The notes beneath the pieces were generated by a model that ran no database searches, was not told the origin of the DNA, and saw only the letters and a list, made by a program, of their open reading frames with translations. Source: Spirochaetaceae bacterium (GTDB lineage Bacteria > Spirochaetota > Spirochaetia > B11-G9). Taken from it: DNA of 33,374 nucleotides. A program made the position numbers and the translations under genes. The first letter of the stretch is position 1; the number at the start of each line of letters is the position of its first letter. Positions 15,322-23,831 of the stretch are shown here, in pieces. Location of the stretch: contig JAUVLL010000001.1 in NCBI GenBank assembly GCA_030600745.1, forward strand, positions 1-33,374. The letters run 5' to 3'.

Positions 15322-15780
15322 CTACATAATTTGTTCAACCATAAAAGCATTAAAACCTTTTAAATCAAAAATTTCAAAATAGTATGCACTTCCATCTTTA
15401 AGAAGAATTTGGGTAACATTTCTAAATAATATTTTACGTATGCCGGATATTTCAAATAATTGTTTGGGATCACTGTTATATTTTATAACCCTCATCGCCT
15501 GGGACAGGTTTATATTATTTATTCGTTCAATTTCCGAAACAGTAATCTGGAATTTAAGTTTTACATATTCAGTTTTTTTCCGAAAAATCAGTGAAAGAGA
15601 GCTGCTTTCTCTTTCAAAATCTTCAAATATCAGTCTGTTTCCAACAAAAAAGAAAAGGCCGCCAAGGTTTTTAGTCTTACCACCGGATTCCCCGATAAAT
15701 TGAGCATAAGTCCTGAACTCAAGCTTACCACCATTTTCCAGTTCCATTTTTGCAAGGAGTTTATTGTTTTCTTCATCCAT
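15322..15780 (-). CDS. Hypothetical protein (152 aa, possibly a PH/GRAM-like fold)
   Basis: A clean ORF that fills the gap between neighbouring genes. I recognise no diagnostic motif. Confidence 0.6.
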   Translation of the reverse strand: MDEENNKLLAKMELENGGKLEFRTYAQFIGESGGKTKNLGGLFFFVGNRLIFEDFERESSSLSLIFRKKTEYVKLKFQITVSEIERINNINLSQAMRVIKYNSDPKQLFEISGIRKILFRNVTQILLKDGSAYYFEIFDLKGFNAFMVEQIM

Positions 15781-15789
15781 TGTTATACC

Positions 15790-16206
15790 TTATAAATAAT
15801 CAACTTGATGGGTTATATCAGCAGCCTTCTTTAAAACTTCACTGACACCGCAGTATCTGTCCTGGGAAAGCATAATTGCTTTATCAACTTTCTTTCTGTT
15901 AAGATCGTCAGAGTTTTTAAATTCATAAATTATATGAAAACCTGAATAGTGTTTTGGATGCTCTTCAGTTTGTTCCGCTTCGACTCTAACATTAAACCAT
16001 GAAACTTCCTGACCCATTTTATTCAGAATAGAGATTACATCCATACCTGTGCATCCTCCAAGAGACAGTAACATAAATGGTTTTGGTCTTGGTCCCAGAT
16101 CTTTACCACCAACTTCCGGTGTTGCATCAATAACAATTTTATGTCCGTCCATAACGGTTTCGAAGGCCATATCACCTTTCCAGCGGCATCCAACTTCTAC
16201 TTTCAT
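15790..16206 (-). CDS. OsmC/Ohr-family (YhfA-like) peroxiredoxin-fold protein
   Basis: 'GGKDLGPRPKPFMLLSLGGCTGMDV' and the C-terminal 'RYCGVS' are typical of the OsmC family. The ATG at 16206 has a strong SD (TAGGAGGAG). The track's upstream extension to 16329 runs through REP-like repeats and is rejected. Confidence 0.85.
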   Translation of the reverse strand: MKVEVGCRWKGDMAFETVMDGHKIVIDATPEVGGKDLGPRPKPFMLLSLGGCTGMDVISILNKMGQEVSWFNVRVEAEQTEEHPKHYSGFHIIYEFKNSDDLNRKKVDKAIMLSQDRYCGVSEVLKKAADITHQVDYL

Positions 16207-16308
16207 ACCAACTCCTCCTATTTCGCTATAATATACCTGTATCTCCGTAAAGACGCAATGCTTTACGTCTCTCATCTCTCCTCCCCCTTTCCCCTCTCCT
16301 GGGCGTTC

Positions 16309-16340
16309 CCCTGCGTAGGGCGAATACAAGCTACGCAGGG
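16309..16340. repeat. REP-like hairpin 1 (10-bp stem CCCTGCGTAG/CTACGCAGGG, 12-nt loop)
   Basis: A perfect inverted repeat, read directly. It is GC-rich and contains GTAGGGCG. Confidence 0.65.
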
Positions 16341-16360
16341 TCAGGCTTTCCAGGGGTTCC

Positions 16361-16399
16361 GTCCACGTAGGGGCGGGGTTCCCCCACCCCTACGTGGAC
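16361..16399. repeat. REP-like hairpin 2 (13-bp stem GTCCACGTAGGGG/CCCCTACGTGGAC)
   Basis: A perfect 13-bp inverted repeat. The loop CGGGGTTCCCCCA is itself self-complementary. It carries the core GTAGGGGCG at 16367-16375. Confidence 0.7.
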
Positions 16400-16465
16400 C
16401 ACCTGCGGTGCCCCTCCAATCCTTAACGTGTGGAACAGTAATGCGATCCGTGATACGATACATTC

Positions 16466-17410
16466 ATGAACTACATTCTGAAAGATTTCGGAAAACTTTT
16501 AAAACAGAATAATCTTAAAATGCGGCGGTACTTTGCACCGTTAGATACAAATTGTTACAGAGTTTACGATAAAAATATTCCGTTACTGCAAATTACTGTG
16601 GATATATATGGTTCCTATATTTATATACTGGATTATCGGGAAGATTCTTATAATGGGGAACCTTCGGCAGAAGAAATTATAGATACAGTTTTTAGGATGC
16701 TCTATGTTTTAAAAGAGAAGATATTCTATAAAAACCGAAAAACCCGCCAGGGAATATCTCAACATAAAAATCTGGATGATTCCGGAAACCTGGTAGAGGT
16801 AATGGAAAACGGACTGCAGTTTTTTGTTAATCTTCATGACTATATTGATACTGGATTATTCCTGGATCATCGGAAAACACGTAAAATGGTCAGAGACAGC
16901 GCCATGAGTAAAAGAGTCTTAAATCTCTTTGCGTATACCGGTTCTTTTTCAGTCTATGCAGCAGCAGGCGGAGCCGAAACTATCGATACAGTAGATTTAT
17001 CAGCTAACTATAATCGTTGGGGGATGAGAAACCTTTCTATAAATGGATTTTCAAGCCGGAACTACAAGTTTCATTCCTCTGATACAGCAGATTATCTGGT
17101 TAATGCCCGAAAAGAGGGGAAAGAATACGATATTATTATTGTTGACCCTCCTACCTTTTCGAACAGTAGAAAAATGGAAGGAACATTTGATATTCAGAGA
17201 GATTATTTTTCCTTATTAAAAGCATGTCTGGGTCTTCTGTATAAAGATGGATATATAATATTTTCTACAAATTATACTAAATTTCATTTTGACCCAGGCC
17301 GATTCCAAAACATCCATTCAAAAGAAATCACAAACACAACAGTAGACGAAGATTTTTCCCGAAAACGAAAACCCCACAGATGCTGGATAATAGAAAATAA
17401 ACGATTTTAG
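16466..17410 (+). CDS. Class I SAM-dependent rRNA methyltransferase, RlmK-domain-like (23S rRNA m7G2069-type)
   Basis: 'CYRVYDKNIP...ITVDIYG' parallels the start of the E. coli RlmL/K C-terminal domain. The SAM motif 'LNLFAYTGSFSVYAAAGGA' and the catalytic 'DPPTFSNS' are present. Confidence 0.85.
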   Translation: MNYILKDFGKLLKQNNLKMRRYFAPLDTNCYRVYDKNIPLLQITVDIYGSYIYILDYREDSYNGEPSAEEIIDTVFRMLYVLKEKIFYKNRKTRQGISQHKNLDDSGNLVEVMENGLQFFVNLHDYIDTGLFLDHRKTRKMVRDSAMSKRVLNLFAYTGSFSVYAAAGGAETIDTVDLSANYNRWGMRNLSINGFSSRNYKFHSSDTADYLVNARKEGKEYDIIIVDPPTFSNSRKMEGTFDIQRDYFSLLKACLGLLYKDGYIIFSTNYTKFHFDPGRFQNIHSKEITNTTVDEDFSRKRKPHRCWIIENKRF

Positions 17411-17486
17411 CCAAAAAATATGTTTGCATTATAAACAATATACGGGCAGGGTTCTCCTGTCCAAAAACCAAATATGCCTGCTTTAA

Positions 17487-19187
17487 TCACATTTTTTTTG
17501 CAGCTGCCTTTTGAAGCTTTGCCCATGTATCCCTCATGGAAACAGTTCTGTTAAAAACAGGTGCACCGGGGTTTGAGTATACACTGTCTGCGCAGAAGTA
17601 TCCTTTTCTTAGAAACTGAAAAGATTCACCGGGTACTGCTTTTAAAAGAGAGGGTTCCAGTTTACACCCTTTTAAAACTTCCAGAGAATCCTGTGCAATA
17701 TCATCCAGAAAGTTACCGGTGGCCTCTTCCGGATTTTCACTTGTAAACAGGTGAGAATATAATCTTACGTCGGCCTCAAAAGCATGAGCTGCGGATACCC
17801 AGTGGCTGGTTCCTCTTACCTTTCTGCCGTCTTCAGTCCAGCCGCCTCTGGATTCCGGATCGTATGTACAGTGGACCTCAATAATTTCTTCTGTGTCAGG
17901 ATCTTTTATTACATCAGTGCAGGTTACGTAGTAGGCGTGCTTCAGCCTTATCTCTTTACCTGGAGAAAGGCGGAAATATTTTTTAGGGGGATTTTCCATA
18001 AAATCATCTTTTTCAATATATATTTTTCTGGAAAAAGGAATCTCTCTTTTTCCCATACTTTCATCTTCCGGATTATTATCTGCCTCCAGCATCTCTGTTT
18101 TACCCTCCGGATAGTTTGTAATGATCACTTTCAAAGGATCAAGGACAGCCATTACTCTCTTTGCTTTTACATTGAGATCTTCTCTAAGGCAGTGTTCAAG
18201 GAGTGCGAAATCCACTGTACTGTTCGATTTTGCAACCCCTATTCTGGATGCAAAATCCCTGAGTGATTCGGGTGTGTAACCTCTTCTTCTTATACCGGAA
18301 ATTGTAGGCATTCTGGGATCATCCCATCCTGATACATATCCCTTTTCAACCAGGGTGAGTAATTTTCTTTTACTCATAATTGTATAGTTAAGATTCAGTC
18401 TGGCAAATTCAATCTGCCGGGGCTTTGAAGGTACTCCTGATTCATCTACAGACCAGTTGTAGAGAGGTCTGTGATCTTCAAATTCAAGAGTACATACAGA
18501 ATGAGTAATCTCTTCAAAAGCATCTGATAATGGATGTGTAAAGTCATACATAGGATAGATACACCAATTATCCCCTGTCCTGTGATGACTCATCCTCTTT
18601 ATTCTGTATAATGCAGGGTCTCTCATGTTTAAATTAGGGGAGGACATATCTATTTTTGCTCTTAAAAGATACTTACCGTCTTCAAATTCACCGTTCTTCA
18701 TCTTTTCAAAGAGATCAAGATTTTCCTCTACCGATCTGTCTCTATCAGGACTGTTCTTCCCTGGAGAAGTAAGAGTTCCCCGGTATTCCCTTATTTCTTC
18801 AGGGCCAAGACTATCCACATAAGCTTTACCCTCTTTAATCAGCTTTACAGCAATTTCATATAATTTATCAAAGTAATCGGATGCATAGTATTCATGCTTT
18901 TTCCAGTCAAAACCAAGCCATTTTATGTCTTCTTTAATAGATCTTATATATTCCATTTCCTCTTTTGCAGGATTGGTATCATCGAAGCGAAGATGACATG
19001 TTCCATTATACTTTTCAGCCAGGCCAAAGTTAAGACAAATAGATTTTGCATGTCCAATATGTAGATACCCATTAGGTTCAGGCGGGAATCGTGTTACTAT
19101 CCGACCATTGTTTATGTTATTCTTTATATCTTCATCTATTATCTTCTCAATAAAATTTCCAGCGCTTGCTATGTTGTTCTCTTCCAT
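17487..19187 (-). CDS. glnS: Glutamine--tRNA ligase
   Basis: '[23 protein letters not shown]' (HIGH motif) and 'IMSKRK' (KMSKS-type) are present. At 566 aa the protein has GlnRS architecture throughout. Confidence 0.95.
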   Translation of the reverse strand: MEENNIASAGNFIEKIIDEDIKNNINNGRIVTRFPPEPNGYLHIGHAKSICLNFGLAEKYNGTCHLRFDDTNPAKEEMEYIRSIKEDIKWLGFDWKKHEYYASDYFDKLYEIAVKLIKEGKAYVDSLGPEEIREYRGTLTSPGKNSPDRDRSVEENLDLFEKMKNGEFEDGKYLLRAKIDMSSPNLNMRDPALYRIKRMSHHRTGDNWCIYPMYDFTHPLSDAFEEITHSVCTLEFEDHRPLYNWSVDESGVPSKPRQIEFARLNLNYTIMSKRKLLTLVEKGYVSGWDDPRMPTISGIRRRGYTPESLRDFASRIGVAKSNSTVDFALLEHCLREDLNVKAKRVMAVLDPLKVIITNYPEGKTEMLEADNNPEDESMGKREIPFSRKIYIEKDDFMENPPKKYFRLSPGKEIRLKHAYYVTCTDVIKDPDTEEIIEVHCTYDPESRGGWTEDGRKVRGTSHWVSAAHAFEADVRLYSHLFTSENPEEATGNFLDDIAQDSLEVLKGCKLEPSLLKAVPGESFQFLRKGYFCADSVYSNPGAPVFNRTVSMRDTWAKLQKAAAKKM

Positions 19188-19267
19188 AAATTTTCCCTGT
19201 ATTAAAAATGTTTAGTCGTTATACTAGTATATTTTTATTATTCAATCCAGTCTTCCATAGTTCGGGG

Positions 19268-20383
19268 TTAAGGTTCAACTCGCTTAACAGAGATTGATGA
19301 TCCATTTTCGAATTTAACAATAACAGCAGGTTTTATCGGATTCCGGTTTTTGTCATATTTAATTTTGCCTGTAACTCCGATAAACGCTGTTGTACTTGCC
19401 AGAGCATCCCTTATCCGATCCCTGTCAGTAGAATGCGCTCTTTCGATGGCATCGGCAAGTAAATAAACCATATCATATGCAAGTGCCATTCCTGCATTGA
19501 TTTCTTCATCACTATAAAGTGTTTTAATTTTATTAAGAAAAGCAATACTTCTTTTATCACTTTGAGAAGCATGCCAATGTGTCAGATAGTAGGTATTGTT
19601 CAGTGATTCAGGTGCATAATTATACATAAGGTGGCTCCAGCCGTCTCCTCCCAAAAATACTGAATCAAGGCCCAGTGCACGTGCCCTTTTGATAATTAGA
19701 GCAGAGTCCCGGGTATATCCGGGTAGAAATACTGCATCAAAATTGTATTGCATTAACTTATTAATCAAATCTCCATAGTTGGTCATATTTTCGACATAAT
19801 CCAGCTCTGCAACAATCTTCCCATTTAGTGAGTTAAAGGAATAGTAAAATTGTTTTGCAAGTTCAATACTAAATATCTGGTCTGTATTTGTTAAAATAGC
19901 AACATGTCTTGCTTTTAAATAATTATATGCAAAATTTGCAAGAACTTCTCCCTGGAATGTATCAATAAAACATGTGCGGAAAATAAAATCACCTACTTCA
20001 GTTACTTTAGGGTTTGTTGCAGTAGGAGTCAGCATAGGTATTCCTGCTTCCTGTAATACCAGTGCCATTCCCAATGCATGAGAACTCCATGAACTTCCAA
20101 GAACAGCAACAACTTTTTCATTAACTGCCCTTATTGCTGCTTGTCTTGATCCGAGAGCTGTACTTTTATTATCCAGTTCTATTAGTTCTATCCTTTTCCC
20201 TAAAATACCGCCATTATTATTAATTTCATCAACAGCGAACCTGACTGTAATTAAATGTTCATCAGAAATTGAAGAAGCTTCACCGGTTTGCGAAAAAATT
20301 GCAGCAATTCTAATTGATTCTGAAGCTGTGGATAAATCAACAATTACAAATACAAAGATAGCTAAATAAAACAATTTCTTCAT
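19268..20383 (-). CDS. Periplasmic substrate-binding protein, LivJ/Peripla_BP_6-like (branched-chain amino acid type)
   Basis: 'IRIAAIFSQTGEAS...AVDEINNNGGILGKRIELIELDN...VVAVLGSSWSS' matches the LivJ-family pattern. The start is placed at 'MKKLFYLAIFVFV' (ATG 20383), which gives a signal peptide. The track's extension to 20503 overlaps the upstream gene. Confidence 0.85.
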   Translation of the reverse strand: MKKLFYLAIFVFVIVDLSTASESIRIAAIFSQTGEASSISDEHLITVRFAVDEINNNGGILGKRIELIELDNKSTALGSRQAAIRAVNEKVVAVLGSSWSSHALGMALVLQEAGIPMLTPTATNPKVTEVGDFIFRTCFIDTFQGEVLANFAYNYLKARHVAILTNTDQIFSIELAKQFYYSFNSLNGKIVAELDYVENMTNYGDLINKLMQYNFDAVFLPGYTRDSALIIKRARALGLDSVFLGGDGWSHLMYNYAPESLNNTYYLTHWHASQSDKRSIAFLNKIKTLYSDEEINAGMALAYDMVYLLADAIERAHSTDRDRIRDALASTTAFIGVTGKIKYDKNRNPIKPAVIVKFENGSSISVKRVEP

Positions 20384-20399
20384 ACTAATATAATCCTGA

Positions 20400-20624
20400 T
20401 CAGCTTTTGCTGATAATTTCATATGCCCGGTCTTTCTGGTGAGGAAACAAATCACTCGGCATACTTTCTCTCCCCAAAGCCATAAAAACCATGTATTGTG
20501 CACAGTTAAGGTTATTTTTTTTGCAATATTTTTCTTTCATTATAGCTATCTGCTCTTCATCACCTTTCAGTTGGTCGTTATAGAAGGGACAAATGTCAAT
20601 TAATTCACATTCCTGCATATACAC
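20400..20624 (-). CDS. Small 4-Cys hypothetical protein (74 aa)
   Basis: The Cys pattern is C6-x5-C12 ... C34-x6-C41 ('ECELIDICPFYND', 'YCKKNNLNC'). It ends 16 nt upstream of the binding-protein ATG on the same strand. Confidence 0.55.
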   Translation of the reverse strand: MYMQECELIDICPFYNDQLKGDEEQIAIMKEKYCKKNNLNCAQYMVFMALGRESMPSDLFPHQKDRAYEIISKS

Positions 20625-20748
20625 CTCAATGATTTAAAAATAAATTAAGTTGCCGGATAAATCAATAAAAATTAGATTTTTTTTTATATATTCTCTCTAT
20701 TTGCTAATCATAACAATATATACTACCATATGGTAAGAGGTGTTATTA

Positions 20749-22260
20749 ATGAAACTGCGTAGAAAACTTAACTTAATTAGTTTTGTCGCATTTATTCTTC
20801 TGGTTATTCTCACTGTTTTATTTCAACTCCCTGTTCAGCAGAAACAGGAGGAACTCTTTATTAATAGTGTTATACACCTTCTTGATGTACTGGTAAATTC
20901 CGAAGAAATCCAACTGGCCAACGAAATTTTCGATAATCGTACCAGAGCTATCAGTTTAAGACTTGAAAGAATGTTACATATGCAGGGAGTTGAGAATGTA
21001 ATTCTTTACAATAAACTGGGAGCAATGATCAATTTTGCTTTAAGTAGTGATAAGGAGGGGGCAGAGATAAAAACAGGCAGTGATTATACTAATGCCGATA
21101 TTTTTACAAAAGAGCTTATCTATCATGATGAAGCCTCTCTTCATTATGAGCATGTTATTAAATTTGGTGATGATATTCTTGGATTTATTGAAATATTCTA
21201 TTCACTTGAAGAGATTAAGAATCAAAGTAGAAAATCCATTTTTGTCTTTGTCGGTTCAGTCTCGGTCGGTCTTATTGTTGTATTACTATTTCTTAATTTA
21301 ATTCTATCAAGGACAGTTGTTTATCCCCTGATTCGACTTATTGATGCTATTAAAATCTATAACATGGAGAGCTCAGAGGATCATAAGAACAAGATCGAGG
21401 TAAGAAGTAAAGACGAGATAGGTGAGTTGACGATGAGTTATAATCATTTATCGGAAAAAATACATAATTACAGCAAAGAGCTTCAGAAAAAGAACTTACA
21501 ACTGGTACGATCACAGAAAATGGAGATGATTGGTACTCTTGCAGGTGGTCTGGCTCATGATTTTAATAATATTCTTGGTGGAATAATTGGTTCAGTATCA
21601 TTACTCAAGCTTTATCAGGCTGATGGTGATTTGTCAGATGAAAAATTATTGAATAATCTGACAATAATTGAAAAATCATCAAAAAGAGCTACCGGGGTGG
21701 TCAGTAAACTAATGAATTTTTCAAGGGAAGAAGTTAATACAAAATTAGTAGTTGATCTGAATGCTATTGTGAATGATGTTATTGAGATCTGCAGGACAAC
21801 AATTGATAAAAGTCTTCATCTTCATCCCGGTCTAATGGCAGGTGATTTGCTTGTCGAAGCTGATCCGGGAGAGATCGAACAGGTTATTCTTAATCTATGT
21901 ATAAATGCTGCTCATTCCATGACAATAATGCGGAGTACTGATGATATAAGAGAGGGGACTCTTGGTATTAAAACTGAGAAAAAACAGGTGGGAGACAATA
22001 ATTACTGTTCTGTAATTATATCAGATACGGGTGTTGGTATAAAACAGGAAAATCTTGTACGTATATTTGATCCATTTTTTTCTACTAAAATTGAGGATGG
22101 TGGAACAGGCTTTGGTCTGGCTATGGCATCATCAATTATTAATCGGCATAAAGGATTTATTGATGTAGACTCCACTTATGGAGATGGAACTACCTTTATT
22201 GTGAATCTACCTGCATATACCGGAAGTAAGGGGGGGGTGTTAATCAGAATTACTGTTTAA
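20749..22260 (+). CDS. Membrane sensor histidine kinase (2 TM, periplasmic loop, HAMP, HisKA, HATPase_c)
   Basis: H-box 'LAGGLAHDFNNILGGI', N-box 'LNLCINAAHSM', G1 'SDTGVGI', G2 'GGTGFGLA', and the HAMP element 'VYPLIRLIDAIK...DEIGELTMSYNHL'. The ATG at 20749 lies 8 nt after AAGAGG. The track start at 20740 is a GTG. Confidence 0.9.
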   Translation: MKLRRKLNLISFVAFILLVILTVLFQLPVQQKQEELFINSVIHLLDVLVNSEEIQLANEIFDNRTRAISLRLERMLHMQGVENVILYNKLGAMINFALSSDKEGAEIKTGSDYTNADIFTKELIYHDEASLHYEHVIKFGDDILGFIEIFYSLEEIKNQSRKSIFVFVGSVSVGLIVVLLFLNLILSRTVVYPLIRLIDAIKIYNMESSEDHKNKIEVRSKDEIGELTMSYNHLSEKIHNYSKELQKKNLQLVRSQKMEMIGTLAGGLAHDFNNILGGIIGSVSLLKLYQADGDLSDEKLLNNLTIIEKSSKRATGVVSKLMNFSREEVNTKLVVDLNAIVNDVIEICRTTIDKSLHLHPGLMAGDLLVEADPGEIEQVILNLCINAAHSMTIMRSTDDIREGTLGIKTEKKQVGDNNYCSVIISDTGVGIKQENLVRIFDPFFSTKIEDGGTGFGLAMASSIINRHKGFIDVDSTYGDGTTFIVNLPAYTGSKGGVLIRITV

Positions 22261-23034
22261 AATATCATCGATTAACCCGATCTTAAATCTGTCAGCTATC
22301 TCTTTGCATTCTTTAATTGAAGCATGTACATCTTCCGGCCTGTGGGCGTCTGAGTTGCAGATTGCTTTTATATTATAATTACCTGCCAGCTCCCAGAAAT
22401 TTAACCAGGGATAAACGGGGCGCTCCCCTTCCGGTGTTGATAGTTCTTTTTTCCGTAGACCGTATCCATTTATTTCCAATGGAATATTAAGCTCTTCCGC
22501 AGCAGTGAGAATGTCAGTGGAACAGGCAATAGCATTATTATCCCATTTCATATATCCGGCCCCAAATCCATCCGGGTGGGCAATAAAACTGAATAGTCCC
22601 GTTCGCATTGTTGCAATCATTATCTTTGCATATTGGGTCAGATGTTTTGGTGTCCTGATATCACTTAGATACCCCCAGTCACCCGGTACCTTTATATAAT
22701 GAATAGCACCAATCAGATAGTCGAATCCTCTTTCTCCCAGCAGCTCATCTCTGTAGAATGCTTCATAAATGGGATCCCATTCACATTCAAGCCCTTTTAA
22801 GAGAATAATGTCATCCGATTCAGCCTCCCTGAATTCTGCTTCATAGGCGTCCAGTTCCGATATGTCCATTCTTACATGAGGCCATCTGTTGTCTGGTAGG
22901 GGGGTGTGGTCCGATATCCCCAGTAGGGGCGACCGGCTGGTCGCCCCTACCTGGGATATCGCAGCATCTACATAATCTTTTACAGTCCCTGTTGCATGTT
23001 TGCAACGCCATGTGTGGGTGTGAAAATTGTTCAT
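22240..23034 (-). CDS. PHP-family phosphoesterase, histidinol-phosphatase (HisJ/HisK)-like
   Basis: 'FHTHTWRCKHA', 'ISDHTPLP', 'GAIHYI' and 'AHPD' are PHP metal-ligand motifs. The start is ATG 23034 or GTG 23040. The 3' end overlaps the kinase gene by 21 nt in convergent orientation. Confidence 0.85.
   Translation of the reverse strand: MNNFHTHTWRCKHATGTVKDYVDAAISQVGATSRSPLLGISDHTPLPDNRWPHVRMDISELDAYEAEFREAESDDIILLKGLECEWDPIYEAFYRDELLGERGFDYLIGAIHYIKVPGDWGYLSDIRTPKHLTQYAKIMIATMRTGLFSFIAHPDGFGAGYMKWDNNAIACSTDILTAAEELNIPLEINGYGLRKKELSTPEGERPVYPWLNFWELAGNYNIKAICNSDAHRPEDVHASIKECKEIADRFKIGLIDDILNSNSD
22913..22960. repeat. 48-bp REP-like imperfect palindrome located in frame inside the PHP-phosphatase CDS
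   Basis: GATATCCCCAGTAGGGGCGACC ggct GGTCGCCCCTACCTGGGATATC has 22-nt arms with 2 mismatches. It carries the core GTAGGGGCG on both strands and encodes 'ISQVGATSRSPLLGIS'. Confidence 0.75.
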
Positions 23035-23259
23035 ATGCACAAGAGGGTATATTATTTCTGCTTCTGTTTCAAGGAATATCAGCAGAGAGGCTTTTGCGAT
23101 GTCTCTGAATTCGGCTTGTTTTTGTGCTGGTCGTAAACAAGTTTACTGCTCGCATATGCATCCTAAGCTTTTTCGCCAGGTATTGGCCTTATATTAGATA
23201 TGAAGTATTTTTTAAGTAGAAAAAGTGATACAGCGCAAAAAGCTCAATGTATGTTTCTG

Positions 23260-23289
23260 TTGACAGAATCGTTATGTGTTGTATATTAA
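23260..23289 (+). promoter_or_regulatory. Sigma70-like promoter (TTGACA, 16-18 nt spacer, TATATT/TATTAA) directly upstream of the TrpR-like gene
   Basis: TTGACA at 23260-23265 and a TATATTAA block at 23282-23289. The ATG at 23296 follows within about 7-10 nt and has no SD. Confidence 0.4.
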
Positions 23290-23295
23290 TAGTAT

Positions 23296-23598
23296 ATGGA
23301 AGACCGGAAAATAAATGAAGATGCCATGCATGAACTCTCAGGAACTCTTGCAGCATGCAGCGATCCTGTGCTCATTGAAGATTTTCTAAAGAGTCTTCTT
23401 ACAAGTTCAGAATCTATGGGTGTTGCAAACAGATGGGCTCTCGTAAGACTTCTGGATGCGGGTATGAGTCAGCGGAATATAGCAAAGGATCTCGGTTTGA
23501 GTCTGTGTAATATAACCAGAGGATCAAAAGAACTAAAAAAAGAGAATTCACCATTTGCAGCCATGATTGAGGAATTTAAGAAATTAAGTGATAAATAG
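23296..23598 (+). CDS. TrpR-related YerC/YecD-family DNA-binding protein
   Basis: 100 aa. 'ANRWALVRLLDAGMSQRNIAKDLGLSLCNITRGSKELK' matches the TrpR/YerC helix-turn-helix region. Confidence 0.8.
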   Translation: MEDRKINEDAMHELSGTLAACSDPVLIEDFLKSLLTSSESMGVANRWALVRLLDAGMSQRNIAKDLGLSLCNITRGSKELKKENSPFAAMIEEFKKLSDK

Positions 23599-23831
23599 TT
23601 AAGATAATCGGCAGCTTATTATATGTAATAATCATAGTTTATAATACCGATAGTCGAACTATGAAGGTCTTAATTCTATACGGTAAAGATAAAATTAGAA
23701 CATGCAAAGTCCAGGATTTTAGAAATGGGCTTTAATATTGATATAAAAGATAATCCTGGAATGACTGCACAAAAATATGCAGAACTTTTTAAACTCAAAC
23801 GGGTATTATTATTAATGGATAAAGATAATAG

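Noticed and set aside
16207-16329. N-terminal extension of the OsmC ORF (track start at 16329).
   Set aside because: The extension reads through the GC-rich REP-like repeats and gives low-complexity 'GERPGEGKGGGE'. A strong SD (TAGGAGGAG) precedes the internal ATG at 16206, and OsmC-family proteins are about 140 aa.
17411-17486. Bidirectional terminator between the convergent RlmK-like and glnS genes (imperfect GGGCAGG/CCTGTCC stem).
   Set aside because: The stem is short and mismatched, and the A/T runs are on the wrong side for either strand. I cannot support it.
20384-20503. N-terminal extension of the LivJ-like binding-protein ORF.
   Set aside because: It overlaps the 3' end of the upstream 4-Cys gene and lacks signal-peptide character. 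'MKKLFYLAIFVFV' at ATG 20383 gives a proper signal peptide.
22240-22260. 21-nt convergent overlap of the kinase and PHP-phosphatase 3' ends as a regulatory antisense feature.
   Set aside because: Short convergent overlaps are common in compact genomes. No structure or motif is associated with this one.
23041-23259. Possible small RNA or small ORF in the 255-nt gap upstream of the TrpR-like gene (for example GTAAACAAGTTTAC palindrome, 30-codon minus-strand ORF).
   Set aside because: Only weak short stems are present, and the ORF lacks an SD or any motif. Nothing here is distinguishable from ordinary promoter-region sequence without expression data.
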